A stretch of DNA of 64,000 bases from Minisyncoccota bacterium (GCA_041662205.1 JBAZSZ010000001.1:159107-223106), one strand, 5' to 3'. Numbered from the stretch's first letter, positions 9,345-19,318 are shown. A program made the numbers and translations. The notes: a model not told the origin generated them from the letters alone.

Positions 9345-9794
9345 ATGTTACATGAACAAATAAAAAATGGAATAAAAGAAGCGATGATGGCCAAAGATGC
9401 TTTGCGCCTAAAGGCTTTTCGTGCGATGTCTTCGGCTTTTACAAATGAACTGGTGGCTAAGAATAAAAAACCGCAAGACATGCTGGCTGATGAAGAAGCC
9501 ATTACTGTTATCACTAGACTAGCAAAACAAAGGAAAGACTCTATCGAGCAATTCACCAAGGGGAACCGTGAGGATTTAGTAAAAGAAGAACAAGAAGAGC
9601 TGGCCATTTTTGAAACTTATTTGCCAAAATTGATGGACAAGAGCGAGGTAGAAAAGATCGCTCAAGCTAAAAAAGATGAACTCGGAATCACTGATGCCAC
9701 CAAAAAGGGAATGTTAATGTCTGCTCTCATGAAGGATCTAAAAGGCAAAGCAGATGGAATGACAGTAAAAGAGGTTGTGGATTCCTTATTTTAA
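9345..9794 (+). CDS. yqeY: GatB/YqeY domain protein
   Basis: 149 aa, YqeY-like helical protein. Confidence 0.8.
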   Translation: MLHEQIKNGIKEAMMAKDALRLKAFRAMSSAFTNELVAKNKKPQDMLADEEAITVITRLAKQRKDSIEQFTKGNREDLVKEEQEELAIFETYLPKLMDKSEVEKIAQAKKDELGITDATKKGMLMSALMKDLKGKADGMTVKEVVDSLF

Positions 9795-9797
9795 TTT

Positions 9798-10400
9798 ATG
9801 CATACAGTAAATCTTTTAACTAGCTTAGTGGAAAATCATCAAATCCTCGCTTATATTTTAATTTATTTCGGGTTGATTTTTGAGGGAGAATTTTTTGTGA
9901 TTTTTACTGGAATTTTATCTCATCTCGGTGCTTTAAATTTTTATTTTGCTTTGCTTTTTATTTTTTTTGGCGCGATAACTAAAACATTTCTTGGTTATGC
10001 CTTAGGGGGATATCTATATAAAAAGCTTAATCATCATAAATTTTTCCAATATATTCAAAAACGTGTTTATAATGTTTTACCGAGATTTAAAACAAAACCA
10101 TTTTGGTCCATCTTTGCTTCAAAGTTTATTATGGGAATAAATTATTTAGTAATTATTTTTTGCGGATATGAAAAGATAAATTATAAACAATTCTTGAAGG
10201 CAGAGATTGTTGCCACTCTTATTTGGGCCCCAGCTCTGCTGTCGCTTGGTTACTTTTTTGGTTATACTGCATTACATATTAGTCAGGAGATTTGGAAATT
10301 CTCGGCGACTATTTTAGTCTTATTTATATTGTTTTTCTTTTTTGATAAATTAGTTAGTTGGCTTTATGAGATATTTGAAGAATTCTATGATGACAAATAA
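9798..10400 (+). CDS. DedA/VTT-family membrane protein
   Basis: Multi-TM protein with DedA-like motifs. Confidence 0.65.
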   Translation: MHTVNLLTSLVENHQILAYILIYFGLIFEGEFFVIFTGILSHLGALNFYFALLFIFFGAITKTFLGYALGGYLYKKLNHHKFFQYIQKRVYNVLPRFKTKPFWSIFASKFIMGINYLVIIFCGYEKINYKQFLKAEIVATLIWAPALLSLGYFFGYTALHISQEIWKFSATILVLFILFFFFDKLVSWLYEIFEEFYDDK

Positions 10401-11286
10401 TAAAAAATTAGTTACGCACAATGGTTCTTTTCACGCAGATGATATTTTTGCAGCTGCCATACTTTCGATTTTTCTTGAAAAGAAAGGAGAAACTTTTGAG
10501 ATAATTCGCACTAGAGATGAAGGAATTATCAAGGGTGCTGATTATATCTTTGATGTTGGAGGAATATATGATCCAGAACAAAACAGATTTGATCATCATC
10601 AGGTCGGTGGAGCGGGCAAGAGAGTAAACGGCATAGAATATTCTTCTTGCGGTTTAGTTTGGAAAAAGTTTGGCTTAGAACTTTGTGGATCTCAGAAATC
10701 TGTTGTTTCATTAGATGAAAGACTTTTTGCACCGATTGACGCTGGGGACAATGGTTTTGATTTAGTGGAAAATAAATTTGAAACATCACCTTATTTTATT
10801 CAACATGCTTTTAATGCGATGCGTCCGACTTGGCGAGAAATAGATTTAAGCGAAGATGAAATGTTTTTAAAATGTGTAGCAATAGCGAAAGAGATTTTAA
10901 TGCGAGAAATTATTCAAGTGCAAGACGCGCTACTCGCAGAGGAAAAAGTGATTAATATTTATAAAAACACAGAAGATAAAAAAATTATTATTTTAGATAA
11001 AAATTATCCTTGTGAATATACTTTGAATAATTTTCCTGAGCCTTTATATGTGATTTATCCAAGAGAAAAAGATGGGTCTTGGGGGGTAAGAGCAGTCAGG
11101 CAGGATCCTAAAACTTTTGTAAATAGAAAAAATTTTCCTAAGCTTTGGGCAGGACTCAGAAATGAAGAGCTTCAGAATGTCACTGGAGTTCGGGATGCAA
11201 TATTTTGTCATCGTGGTTTATTTTTAGCTGTGGCAAAATCTAAAGAAGGGGCTATCAAATTAGCGCAAATTGCGGTAGAATCTTAA
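10387..11286 (+). CDS. MYG1/UPF0160-family metal-dependent hydrolase
   Basis: HNGSFHADD motif. The start is probably the internal ATG (MMTNNKK) rather than the track's 10366. Confidence 0.75.
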   Translation: MMTNNKKLVTHNGSFHADDIFAAAILSIFLEKKGETFEIIRTRDEGIIKGADYIFDVGGIYDPEQNRFDHHQVGGAGKRVNGIEYSSCGLVWKKFGLELCGSQKSVVSLDERLFAPIDAGDNGFDLVENKFETSPYFIQHAFNAMRPTWREIDLSEDEMFLKCVAIAKEILMREIIQVQDALLAEEKVINIYKNTEDKKIIILDKNYPCEYTLNNFPEPLYVIYPREKDGSWGVRAVRQDPKTFVNRKNFPKLWAGLRNEELQNVTGVRDAIFCHRGLFLAVAKSKEGAIKLAQIAVES

Positions 11287-11288
11287 GA

Positions 11289-12299
11289 ATGGCATTTATC
11301 GATGAAATGAAAATAGAAGCGTCGGCCGGCCGTGGTGGGAACGGTGTCGTGCGTTGGCGCCAAGAGAAATTTATCCCTAAAGGTGGACCGGCTGGAGGAG
11401 ACGCTGGTCGCGGAGGGAATTTTTATGTTATCGCAGTGCGTGATATTCATATACTTTCAAAATATAAAGCGAAAAAGAGTTTCTCTGCTGGGCGCGGAGA
11501 AGATGGTGGGAATAAAAGTCTCCATGGAGCGAATGGCGAGGATTTTTATCTTGAATTACCAATTGGTTCTATCATTACCAATCTCGAAACCGATGAAAGT
11601 TGGCAACTTACCGAAGAAGGACAAAAATTTATGATTTTAAGGGGTGGCTATGGTGGTTTTGGAAATGAGCATTTTAAAAGCTCGACTAATACAACTCCGA
11701 AAGAATCAAAAGAAGGGCAGGAAGGCGAAAAAGGAAATTTTAAAATAGAGCTAGAGATTTTTGCTGATGTGGGATTTATTGGACTTCCGAATGCTGGGAA
11801 GACTTCACTACTCAATTCATTAACTAATGCAGAAGCGAGAGTCGGGGATTATGCTTTCACTACTCTCGATCCGAATCTGGGGGAATTTTATGGTTATATC
11901 ATTGCCGATATTCCTGGAATCATCGAAGGAGCATCAGAAGGCAAAGGTCTCGGTGTAAAATTTTTACGACATATCAAACGCACCAAGATGCTCGCACATC
12001 TCGTGTCTTTTGAAAATTTGTCCAAGGGTTCGACTGGCATGATGAAAGTTTATAAAGAAATTCGTAAAGAGCTAGAAAAATATGATAAAAAATTAAAATT
12101 AGGGAACGAAGGTTTGGAGGAAAAAGAAGAAATAATAATACTGACAAAAAGTGATGTTATTGAAGATGATAAAATCATTGAAAGAGAAGTAAAGAAATTT
12201 GAGAAGCTTGGGGGAAAAGTTTTCGTTTTATCTTTGTTTGATGATAAAATGGTAAAGAAATTCAGAGATGAATTAGTAAAGATATTAAAGAAAAAATAA
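11289..12299 (+). CDS. obg: GTPase Obg
   Basis: Gly-rich Obg fold at the N-terminus plus G-domain motifs (GLPNAGKTSL). Confidence 0.9.
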   Translation: MAFIDEMKIEASAGRGGNGVVRWRQEKFIPKGGPAGGDAGRGGNFYVIAVRDIHILSKYKAKKSFSAGRGEDGGNKSLHGANGEDFYLELPIGSIITNLETDESWQLTEEGQKFMILRGGYGGFGNEHFKSSTNTTPKESKEGQEGEKGNFKIELEIFADVGFIGLPNAGKTSLLNSLTNAEARVGDYAFTTLDPNLGEFYGYIIADIPGIIEGASEGKGLGVKFLRHIKRTKMLAHLVSFENLSKGSTGMMKVYKEIRKELEKYDKKLKLGNEGLEEKEEIIILTKSDVIEDDKIIEREVKKFEKLGGKVFVLSLFDDKMVKKFRDELVKILKKK

Positions 12300-12302
12300 A
12301 TC

Positions 12303-13730
12303 ATGGCAAATAAGTATTATCCGACTATTGGGCTTGAAATTCATGCGGAATTGAAAACACAAACAAAAATGTTTTGTGGCTGCAAGAATGATCCAGATGA
12401 AAAAAAACCTAATGTTAATATTTGTCCTGTTTGCATGGCGCATCCCGGGGCTTTGCCAGTAGCTAATAAAAAAGCTATTGAAAATGTGATAAAAGTCGGT
12501 TTAGCTATTAGCGGTAAGATCGCAGACTTTTCAGAGTTTGATCGTAAGAATTATTTTTATCCAGATATTCCAAAAGGTTATCAGATTTCTCAATATAAAT
12601 ATCCGATAGTTTCTGGTGGACATTTGGCGGAGATGGACGTCACCCGTATTCACCTTGAAGAAGATACAGCAAATAATAAACACAAAGAAGGATATTCATT
12701 GATTGATTTCAATCGCGCGGGGGTGCCACTTATGGAGCTAGTGACTGAACCGCACACTTTTGAAACTGCCGAGGAAACTGCCAAGAAAGCGACTAATTTT
12801 GCCAAAGAATTACAGCTGATACTTTGGTATCTCGGCGTATCGGAAGCAAATATGGAAAAAGGGGAGATGCGAGTGGAAGCGAATATTTCAATTTCTACCG
12901 ATCCGAAAGTTCTCGGGACAAAAGTAGAAGTAAAAAATCTTAATTCTTTTCGCAGCGTAGAACGCGCTATAAAATACGAAATCGATAGAATGACAGAACT
13001 TTTGGAAAATGGAAAAGGAGATGAAATAGTGCAGGAGACACGAGGCTGGGATGAAAATAAGCAGAAAACATTTTCTCAGAGAAAAAAAGAAGGAAGCGCA
13101 GACTATCGATATTTTCCAGATCCTGATTTGCCAAAGATGAAACTCCATGAGGCTTTTGATTTAGAAAAAATTAGAAAAGAATTACCAGAATTGCCAGCTT
13201 CAAAGCGAGCAAGATATAAAAATGATTTTGGAATTAAAGATGAAGATATAGAAAGTTATATCAATGATCCAGTATTAGGATCTTGGTTTGAGGAAGTGGC
13301 TAAAAATTTAATTAAAAAAGAAAGTGTAAAAATTCTTTCAAATTATATTACTTCAGATTATCTTGGATTAAAAAAGAATAATCCAGATGTTAAGTTACCA
13401 AGTGTTAAAAATTTTGTTGAACTTATAAATTTAGTTTCAGAGAATAAAATTTCTTCTCGTGCTACCAAGGATATTTTAGCAATGATTGTGATAAATGATG
13501 AATCCCCATTTAAAATTGCAACAGAAAAGAATTTACTTCAGAGTAATGACGAAAATGCGTTAAAACAAATAGTAGAAAAAATAATTTCCGAAAGTCCTGA
13601 AATAGTCGCTGTATATAAATCCGGAAAAGAAAACGCAATAATGTCTTTAGTTGGTAAAATTATAAAAGAATCCAAAGGTTCTGCTAATCCTCAAATTGTT
13701 ATTAAATTATTAAAAGAAATGCTGAAATAA
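12303..13730 (+). CDS. gatB: Asp/Glu-tRNA amidotransferase subunit B
   Basis: YPTIGLEIHAELKTQTKMFCGC is the GatB N-terminus; C-terminal YqeY-like tail. Confidence 0.9.
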   Translation: MANKYYPTIGLEIHAELKTQTKMFCGCKNDPDEKKPNVNICPVCMAHPGALPVANKKAIENVIKVGLAISGKIADFSEFDRKNYFYPDIPKGYQISQYKYPIVSGGHLAEMDVTRIHLEEDTANNKHKEGYSLIDFNRAGVPLMELVTEPHTFETAEETAKKATNFAKELQLILWYLGVSEANMEKGEMRVEANISISTDPKVLGTKVEVKNLNSFRSVERAIKYEIDRMTELLENGKGDEIVQETRGWDENKQKTFSQRKKEGSADYRYFPDPDLPKMKLHEAFDLEKIRKELPELPASKRARYKNDFGIKDEDIESYINDPVLGSWFEEVAKNLIKKESVKILSNYITSDYLGLKKNNPDVKLPSVKNFVELINLVSENKISSRATKDILAMIVINDESPFKIATEKNLLQSNDENALKQIVEKIISESPEIVAVYKSGKENAIMSLVGKIIKESKGSANPQIVIKLLKEMLK

Positions 13731-13732
13731 AT

Positions 13733-14599
13733 ATGAAAACATTAAGAGAATATATCAAAGAAGCAGAAGAAAAAAAGGTAGCGATCGGGCATTTTAATAT
13801 TTCAAATTTAGAAGGTTTCCATGCTATTTATCAAGCGGCAAAAAAATTAAACGTCCCAGTTATCATCGGTCTTTCAGAAGGAGAAGAGTCATTCGTCGGC
13901 CGTGAGGAAGCTGTGGCGCTGGTGCGAGCGATACGTGAGCGAGATAATTTTCCAATTTTTCTAAATGCCGACCATCATCATAGTTTTATTTCTTTAAAAG
14001 CTTGTATTGATGCTGGATTTGATGCAGTGATTATCGATGGAACAAAATTAAGTTTTGAAGAAAATGTAAAAATCACCAAAGAATGTGTGGATTATGCACA
14101 CAGTGTGACAAAAGTAACTGGCCGAGATATATTAGTGGAAGCAGAACTCGGCTACATCGGTGAAGGTTCTAATATTAAAGAAACAATTCCAGAAGGAGCG
14201 GGGATTTTAACTAAGCCCGAAGATGCGAAAAAATTTGTAGAGATGACAGGGATAGATCTATTTGCACCGTCTGTCGGTAGTATTCATGGATTGATCAAGA
14301 GTGGCAAGCCTCATATAAATGCAGAGTTGGTATCTGAAATTGGAAAAATTACAGGAATACCGCTCGTGCTTCATGGTGGCTCAGGATTGCGTGATGTGGA
14401 TTTCACTAATGCAATCGCTTCTGGAATCTCAGTCGTGCATATCAATACTGAAATCCGGGTAGCTTATGTGGAAGGTCTCAAAGAATCTATTGCTACAAAT
14501 CCTGACGAAGTCGTGCCATACAAAGTATCAAGTCTAGCGCAAGAAGATGTGGAAAAAATAGTTGAAGCAAGATTGAAGCTTTTTAATGGGATTAAATAA
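13733..14599 (+). CDS. fba: Class II fructose-bisphosphate aldolase
   Basis: HFNISNLEG motif, metal-binding His residues and C-terminal pattern. Confidence 0.85.
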   Translation: MKTLREYIKEAEEKKVAIGHFNISNLEGFHAIYQAAKKLNVPVIIGLSEGEESFVGREEAVALVRAIRERDNFPIFLNADHHHSFISLKACIDAGFDAVIIDGTKLSFEENVKITKECVDYAHSVTKVTGRDILVEAELGYIGEGSNIKETIPEGAGILTKPEDAKKFVEMTGIDLFAPSVGSIHGLIKSGKPHINAELVSEIGKITGIPLVLHGGSGLRDVDFTNAIASGISVVHINTEIRVAYVEGLKESIATNPDEVVPYKVSSLAQEDVEKIVEARLKLFNGIK

Positions 14600-14604
14600 A
14601 AAAA

Positions 14605-14625
14605 GGGGCGACAAAATGTCGCCCC
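14605..14625 (-). terminator. Hairpin terminator (ggggcgaca-aaa-tgtcgcccc)
   Basis: Perfect 9-bp GC stem. On the minus strand it is followed by a T-run, so it serves the convergent small gene and possibly fba as well. Confidence 0.5.
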
Positions 14626-14654
14626 CGAATATAACGATAACTCTTCTGTTTATG

Positions 14655-14861
14655 TCAAGAACCCAAAACCTTGACTTGTTTATCCAAGGAAACTGGGTGG
14701 ATTCCATCTTCGCAAGACACCAGTAATTCTAAATAGCTACTTGATGTCTCTGTTGCACCCACAACTTCACCTTCGTTGTGGGTGTCGTTTTCCCGGGGAA
14801 AATCTCTAATGAATGAGACCTTTTTACCTAAAAGACCTGTTATGTCAAACATTGCATTCAC
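14655..14861 (-). CDS. Hypothetical small protein (68 aa)
   Basis: Strong Shine-Dalgarno (GAAAGGAGGTG) 6 nt upstream of the ATG and a terminator downstream. More G/C-rich than the context. Confidence 0.45.
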   Translation of the reverse strand: MNAMFDITGLLGKKVSFIRDFPRENDTHNEGEVVGATETSSSYLELLVSCEDGIHPVSLDKQVKVLGS

Positions 14862-14989
14862 CTCCTTTCTTTTATTTCATTTTTTATTTTTTGTGCATAT
14901 TTATCAAAAAATTAGCATTGGTTTACATAAAAGTCAATTAAACTGTACATAAATTTGCTTTTTTAAATTTTTTCTGTATACTTTGAATT

Positions 14990-15643
14990 ATGTTTGCTAT
15001 TAAAGCTAAAAAAAGAGACGAAGGTCTAAAATTAGATTTCTTAAGAAAATCTGGTGAAATCCCAGCTGTTTTTTACGGAGCAGGGAAAGAAACTACTTCT
15101 ATCTCAGTACCTACTGTTGAATTCAAGAAAGTTTGGCGAGACGCGGGGGAATCTTCAGCTATCCAAGTTCAGATGCCAGATAAAAATATCGATGTACTTA
15201 TTCATGAAGTGCAAGTAGACCCAGTAAATGGCGAGCCAATACATGCAGACTTTTTAGCGATCGACATGAAAAAGAAAATACGTGTCAATGTTCCACTCGA
15301 ATTTGAGGGTATCTCAGAAGCAGTCAAAACTGGAATTGGGAATTTGGTTAAAGTTATGCATGAATTTGAAATTGAAGCTTTGCCTGCAGATTTGCCTCAC
15401 AATCTCGTGGTTGATATTTCTAAACTAAAAACCCTTGATGATCAAATTTTTGTCTCTGACATCAAACTTCCAGCTGGAGTTGTTGTCATCAATGAGCCGA
15501 CTGAAGTGGTGGTTTCTGTTGTAGAACAAGTGGAAGAAAAAGAAGAAGAGGCTGTACCGGTAGATCTATCTGCGATTGAAGTAGAAAAGAAAGGTAAGAA
15601 AGAAGTACCTGCTGAGGAAGCTCCCGAAGGAGAGCCAAAATAG
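14990..15643 (+). CDS. rplY: Ribosomal protein L25 / general stress protein Ctc
   Basis: N-terminal L25 beta-barrel (AVFYGAGKE) and an acidic C-terminal extension. Confidence 0.85.
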   Translation: MFAIKAKKRDEGLKLDFLRKSGEIPAVFYGAGKETTSISVPTVEFKKVWRDAGESSAIQVQMPDKNIDVLIHEVQVDPVNGEPIHADFLAIDMKKKIRVNVPLEFEGISEAVKTGIGNLVKVMHEFEIEALPADLPHNLVVDISKLKTLDDQIFVSDIKLPAGVVVINEPTEVVVSVVEQVEEKEEEAVPVDLSAIEVEKKGKKEVPAEEAPEGEPK

Positions 15644-15676
15644 AAAAATTAAATAATTTTGTGATATAATAAAGTT

Positions 15677-17041
15677 ATGACGAAGAAGACAGTCGTAACT
15701 TTTTTTGTTTCTATAATTATTTTTACGTTAGTTTTTTCATCATTTTTTGCGCAAAAAGCAAAGGCTGCTTTTGATTGTTTGACTCTAGTGGCATCCTCTA
15801 GTCAGTCTGATAAAGATTATTGTAGAAATGAATTAACCCAAATAGAAGCAGAACTTGCAAACCTGATAAATAAACAGAAAGAGCAACAAAAAGCTACAGG
15901 TACGCTGAAGGGTGATGTCGCCTTCCTGACTGCAGAGATCAACGCTTTGAAAACAAAAATAAAAGCTCGAGCGCTCGCTATCACTAAACTCAAAATAGAT
16001 ATTAAAGAAAAAGTTAGTACCATTAATTCTCTTTCTAGCAAGATCGCTCGCGAACATGCTTCGCTTTCTCAATTACTTAGAAATACTGATGAATTTGACA
16101 GTCAAAATTCATTAATTTTCTTATTATCTGATAATAGTATTTCAGATTTTTATAGTGATTTAGAATCTTATAATTCAATCAAAAAAGCTGTAAAAGATTC
16201 CGTTGATATTATCAATGGAGTGAAAACTCAAACTGAAGTCGAAAAGCAGAGCTTGGAAAAAAAACAAGATGCTGAGACGGATGCCAAAGCGGAACTAGAG
16301 AGTGCACAAAAAAGTACTTCTAAAGCAGAAGCAGACAAAAAACAACTTTTAGCTATTTCTAAAGATAAAGAGGCAGCTTATCAAAAACTCGCAGCTCAAA
16401 AAAAAGCTCAGGCAGACAAAATACGTGCTGCCTTATTTCCACTTGCTGGTATTTCTACCAAGATCGACTTTGGAACAGCCCTAGGTTATGCCAATGAAGT
16501 AAAAAATGCCACGGGTGTTGATCCAGCATTTTTGCTTGCTATTCTCACTCAAGAAAGCAACCTCGGAGCGAATGTCGGACAGTGTTATTTAACCAATCCT
16601 GATACTGGAGCTGGAGTAGGAAAAAATACTGGAACACCATTTTCTAATGTAATGAAACCGACGCGTGATGTACAACCGTTTTTGGATATAACTTCAGCTC
16701 TAGGTTTGAATGCATTTCAAACCGCGGTGTCTTGTCCTATTGCTGGGGTGGCAGGGTATGGTGGTGCTATGGGGCCAGCCCAATTTATTCCTTCGACTTG
16801 GAAATTGTTTGCCACTCGTTTAAAAAATACTTTAGGTCATTTTGCTAATCCTTGGTCTCCCCGTGATTCTTTTATGGCTTCAGGAATGTACCTCACGGAC
16901 TTAGGGGCTGTGGGCACTAGCGCTAGCGCGCAAAATAAGGCTGCCTGCAAATATTACGGTTCTGGAGGCGCTACTTGTTCTTATAGTAGAAGCGTTGCGA
17001 AATTAAAAGCTACGATTCAAGCCAATATTGATTTGCTTTAA
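15677..17041 (+). CDS. Secreted coiled-coil protein with a C-terminal lytic transglycosylase (MltB/SLT-like) domain
   Basis: Signal anchor and long coiled coil. C-terminal ESNLG...GPAQFIPSTW motifs are typical of lytic murein transglycosylases. Confidence 0.7.
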   Translation: MTKKTVVTFFVSIIIFTLVFSSFFAQKAKAAFDCLTLVASSSQSDKDYCRNELTQIEAELANLINKQKEQQKATGTLKGDVAFLTAEINALKTKIKARALAITKLKIDIKEKVSTINSLSSKIAREHASLSQLLRNTDEFDSQNSLIFLLSDNSISDFYSDLESYNSIKKAVKDSVDIINGVKTQTEVEKQSLEKKQDAETDAKAELESAQKSTSKAEADKKQLLAISKDKEAAYQKLAAQKKAQADKIRAALFPLAGISTKIDFGTALGYANEVKNATGVDPAFLLAILTQESNLGANVGQCYLTNPDTGAGVGKNTGTPFSNVMKPTRDVQPFLDITSALGLNAFQTAVSCPIAGVAGYGGAMGPAQFIPSTWKLFATRLKNTLGHFANPWSPRDSFMASGMYLTDLGAVGTSASAQNKAACKYYGSGGATCSYSRSVAKLKATIQANIDLL

Positions 17042-17070
17042 AATAAAAATCGTGATAATCTGTACAAGTT

Positions 17071-17295
17071 ATGAAAAAAGATATTCATCCAAAATATGAT
17101 TTAAAAACAAAAGCCACCTGTGCTTGCGGAGCTGTCTTTGAAGTCGGTTCTACTATGCCAGCCATTGCAATGGAAATCTGCAGTCAGTGCCATCCTTTCT
17201 ATACAGGAAATGAAAAAATAATGGACACCGCAGGACGTGTAGAACGTTTCAAAAAGCGAGCGGCTGCTACTACTAAAACGAAAGTTAAAAAATAA
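17071..17295 (+). CDS. rpmE: Ribosomal protein L31 (zinc-binding type)
   Basis: MKKDIHPKY start with a CxxC...CxxCH zinc-binding pattern. Confidence 0.9.
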   Translation: MKKDIHPKYDLKTKATCACGAVFEVGSTMPAIAMEICSQCHPFYTGNEKIMDTAGRVERFKKRAAATTKTKVKK

Positions 17296-17429
17296 CAAAA
17301 CAAACTTGTTGCAGGCGTACTTTTTAGAATGCCTTGCGCAGGCTGACGAGCCGAGCAGTTCGCTGGGCTAGCAAGCCCAGATAGATTGCATTATAAAAAG
17401 TATGCCAAGAAAGAGTTTGTTTTGTTATT
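17291..17429. repeat. GC-rich palindromic intergenic element, copy R2 (core 17331-17386), flanked by perfect 16-bp inverted repeats
   Basis: aataacaaaacaaact ... agtttgttttgttatt flank a core that is the reverse complement of R1, with a covarying internal hairpin. Confidence 0.6.
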
Positions 17430-17435
17430 AACCTT

Positions 17436-18416
17436 ATGCCTTTAGACTTAGAAGAACTTAAAAAGAATCACAATACTAGCTACTTGGCTGGTGAGTTAGA
17501 ACGCTTGGCGCGTGAGGAAGCCGAAGTGCGGGAAATGCTCGATAGTGATGAAAGTCTGCATGAAATGGCTGCCAAGGAACTTAAATTTATACAAGAAGAA
17601 AAAGAAAGAATAGAGAAACAGGTACAAGATATTCTTAAAAAAGAAGAAGAGCAAGATAGAGAGGCGAATGAATCACCAAATGAAATAGTGCTGGAGGTGC
17701 GGGCAGGAGCAGGCGGGGACGAAGCTTCACTTTTTGCTTGGGAGCTCGCGCATATGTATGAAAAATTCTCTGAAATACAAGGCTGGCAATGGAGGGTAAA
17801 TTATGAATCTAAAAGTGATTTGAATGGCTACAAAGAAGCGAGTTTTGAAATAAAAGGCAAAGACGTTTTTAAAAAGCTTCGCTATGAGACAGGTGTGCAT
17901 CGAGTGCAGAGAATCCCAGCGACTGAGAAAAATGGCCGAGTGCATACTTCTACTGCTTCTGTGGCAGTACTTCCGATTAGGAAAAAAGTAAATTTTCAAA
18001 TTAATCCAGCTGATTTTGATATGGAATATTCCCGTTCTGGAGGAAAGGGCGGGCAGAATGTGAACAAGGTGGAGACGGCGGTGCGTATTATTCACAAGCC
18101 GACGGGCCTAGATGTGCGTTCCACCAATGAGCGAAGCCAGCTTGCGAATCGGGAAAAAGCGATGATGATTTTGACAGCGAAGCTTCAACAACTAGAAGAA
18201 GAAAAAGAGGCGAGCAAGCATGCTGGTATTCGTAAGGGCCAAATAGGTACTGGTGATCGTTCCGAAAAGATTCGTACTTATAATTTCTCTCAAGACCGTG
18301 TGACGGATCACCGTATCAAGAAATCTTGGCATAATTTACCAAAAATTCTAGAAGGGGGAATAGAGGATATCATTGAATCTATTGAATCTGGCGCAGTGGG
18401 GGATGAGGAAGAGTAA
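17436..18416 (+). CDS. prfA: Peptide chain release factor 1
   Basis: GGQ motif and a PAT (PxT) codon-recognition motif, which marks RF1 rather than RF2. Confidence 0.85.
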   Translation: MPLDLEELKKNHNTSYLAGELERLAREEAEVREMLDSDESLHEMAAKELKFIQEEKERIEKQVQDILKKEEEQDREANESPNEIVLEVRAGAGGDEASLFAWELAHMYEKFSEIQGWQWRVNYESKSDLNGYKEASFEIKGKDVFKKLRYETGVHRVQRIPATEKNGRVHTSTASVAVLPIRKKVNFQINPADFDMEYSRSGGKGGQNVNKVETAVRIIHKPTGLDVRSTNERSQLANREKAMMILTAKLQQLEEEKEASKHAGIRKGQIGTGDRSEKIRTYNFSQDRVTDHRIKKSWHNLPKILEGGIEDIIESIESGAVGDEEE

Positions 18417-18427
18417 TCCAACTTTAC

Positions 18428-18572
18428 AACTGTGAATTACGAAACTTTTTCTTGGCACAGGTTTTCTGTCAGCACACATAAAAATCTACTGATTTTTTGC
18501 TATGCTCGGCGCGCCCGCCTGCGCAATGCTTCCAGAAAACTGCGCCTGCGACAAGTTTCATAATTCACAGTT
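18428..18572. repeat. Inverted-repeat-bounded element with a GC-rich core (R5, related to R1/R2)
   Basis: 18-bp terminal inverted repeats aactgtgaattacgaaac / gtttcataattcacagtt. The core ctcggcgcgcccgcctgcgcaatgc resembles the R1 sequence ctcggctcgtcagcctgcgcaaggc. Confidence 0.5.
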
Positions 18573-18697
18573 CACAAGAAATTGCTTTTGGTTTTAGATG
18601 TGGTATGATTATCAGGTAGAATCTCATCTAGCGAAATAGAGTTTCTACGTTTATAAATAGTTTTTGCCCGATTTTTTAAAACGGGAGAAATATAAGT

Positions 18698-19021
18698 ATG
18701 GCTACAAAGCTATATGTAGGGGGACTCCCTTACAGCACTCAAGAGGATGCTCTTAAAGAGCTCTTCGCACAAGCTGGAAACGTTGTTTCTGCTGTGATTA
18801 TCATGGACAAAATGTCTGGTCGTTCAAAAGGTTTTGGTTTCGTAGAAATGTCATCTCAGGATGAAGCTGGAAAAGCTATTTCTATGTTTAATGATCAAGA
18901 ATTTGAAGGACGAAAACTTACTGTCAACGAAGCTCGCCCTATGGAAGCTCGTCCACCACGTTCAAACGGCGGTGATCGAGGAGGATACGGCAACAATGGA
19001 GGTGGACGCCGAGAATATTAA
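18698..19021 (+). CDS. RRM-domain RNA-binding protein with a Gly-rich tail
   Basis: RNP2 (LYVGGL) and RNP1 (KGFGFVEM) motifs; C-terminal RGG/Gly-rich tail. Confidence 0.8.
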   Translation: MATKLYVGGLPYSTQEDALKELFAQAGNVVSAVIIMDKMSGRSKGFGFVEMSSQDEAGKAISMFNDQEFEGRKLTVNEARPMEARPPRSNGGDRGGYGNNGGGRREY

Positions 19022-19046
19022 TTCTTTTTCTTTTACCTTAAAAACA

Positions 19047-19075
19047 AAAAACCACCGTTATAGGTGGTTTTTTGT
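19047..19075 (+). terminator. Rho-independent terminator
   Basis: accacc-gttata-ggtggt hairpin followed by TTTTTT. Confidence 0.6.
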
Positions 19076-19110
19076 TTGCTCAACTTTTTAAACATAACTT
19101 TTTCCGGTAC

Positions 19111-19158
19111 GGATTTTTTGAAGCTTAAAAAATCCTGAAGTTCTCGGCTCGTCAGCCT
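19111..19158. repeat. 25-bp near-perfect palindrome (ggattttttgaagcttaaaaaatcc) followed by a partial copy of the R-family core (ctcggctcgtcagcct)
   Basis: Seen directly; the 16-nt core segment is identical to part of R1. Confidence 0.4.
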
Positions 19159-19228
19159 CGAAACCCCTCAAAAGTTATGTCCTAAAAAGTTTGCTGAAGT
19201 TAAGATATTTTGTTATAGTTTTTTTATT

Positions 19229-19244
19229 GAGCGTGTAGTTCAGT
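19229..19244 (+). pseudogene. 16-nt 5' fragment of a tRNA-Ile-like gene (GAGCGTGTAGTTCAGT)
   Basis: Identical to the first 16 nt of the 5' half at 19284. Confidence 0.4.
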
Positions 19245-19283
19245 ATAGGATGCTACGGGGATGATGTTAAAAAAATAATATAT

Positions 19284-19318
19284 GAGCGTGTAGTTCAGTG
19301 GTAGAACGCTGTCCTGAT
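19284..19318 (+). pseudogene. 5' half (acceptor through anticodon loop) of a second tRNA-Ile-like gene
   Basis: GAGCGTG-TA-GTTCAGTGGTAGAAC-G-CTGTC-CTGATA. Positions 8-37 are identical to the intact tRNA-Ile. Its acceptor strand pairs with the 3' fragment at 19485-19519. Confidence 0.5.

Noticed and set aside
10408-10789. Minus-strand ORFs 10408-10599 and 10529-10789 inside the MYG1 gene
   Set aside because: They overlap a well-supported plus-strand gene and their AT-rich translations lack start signals.
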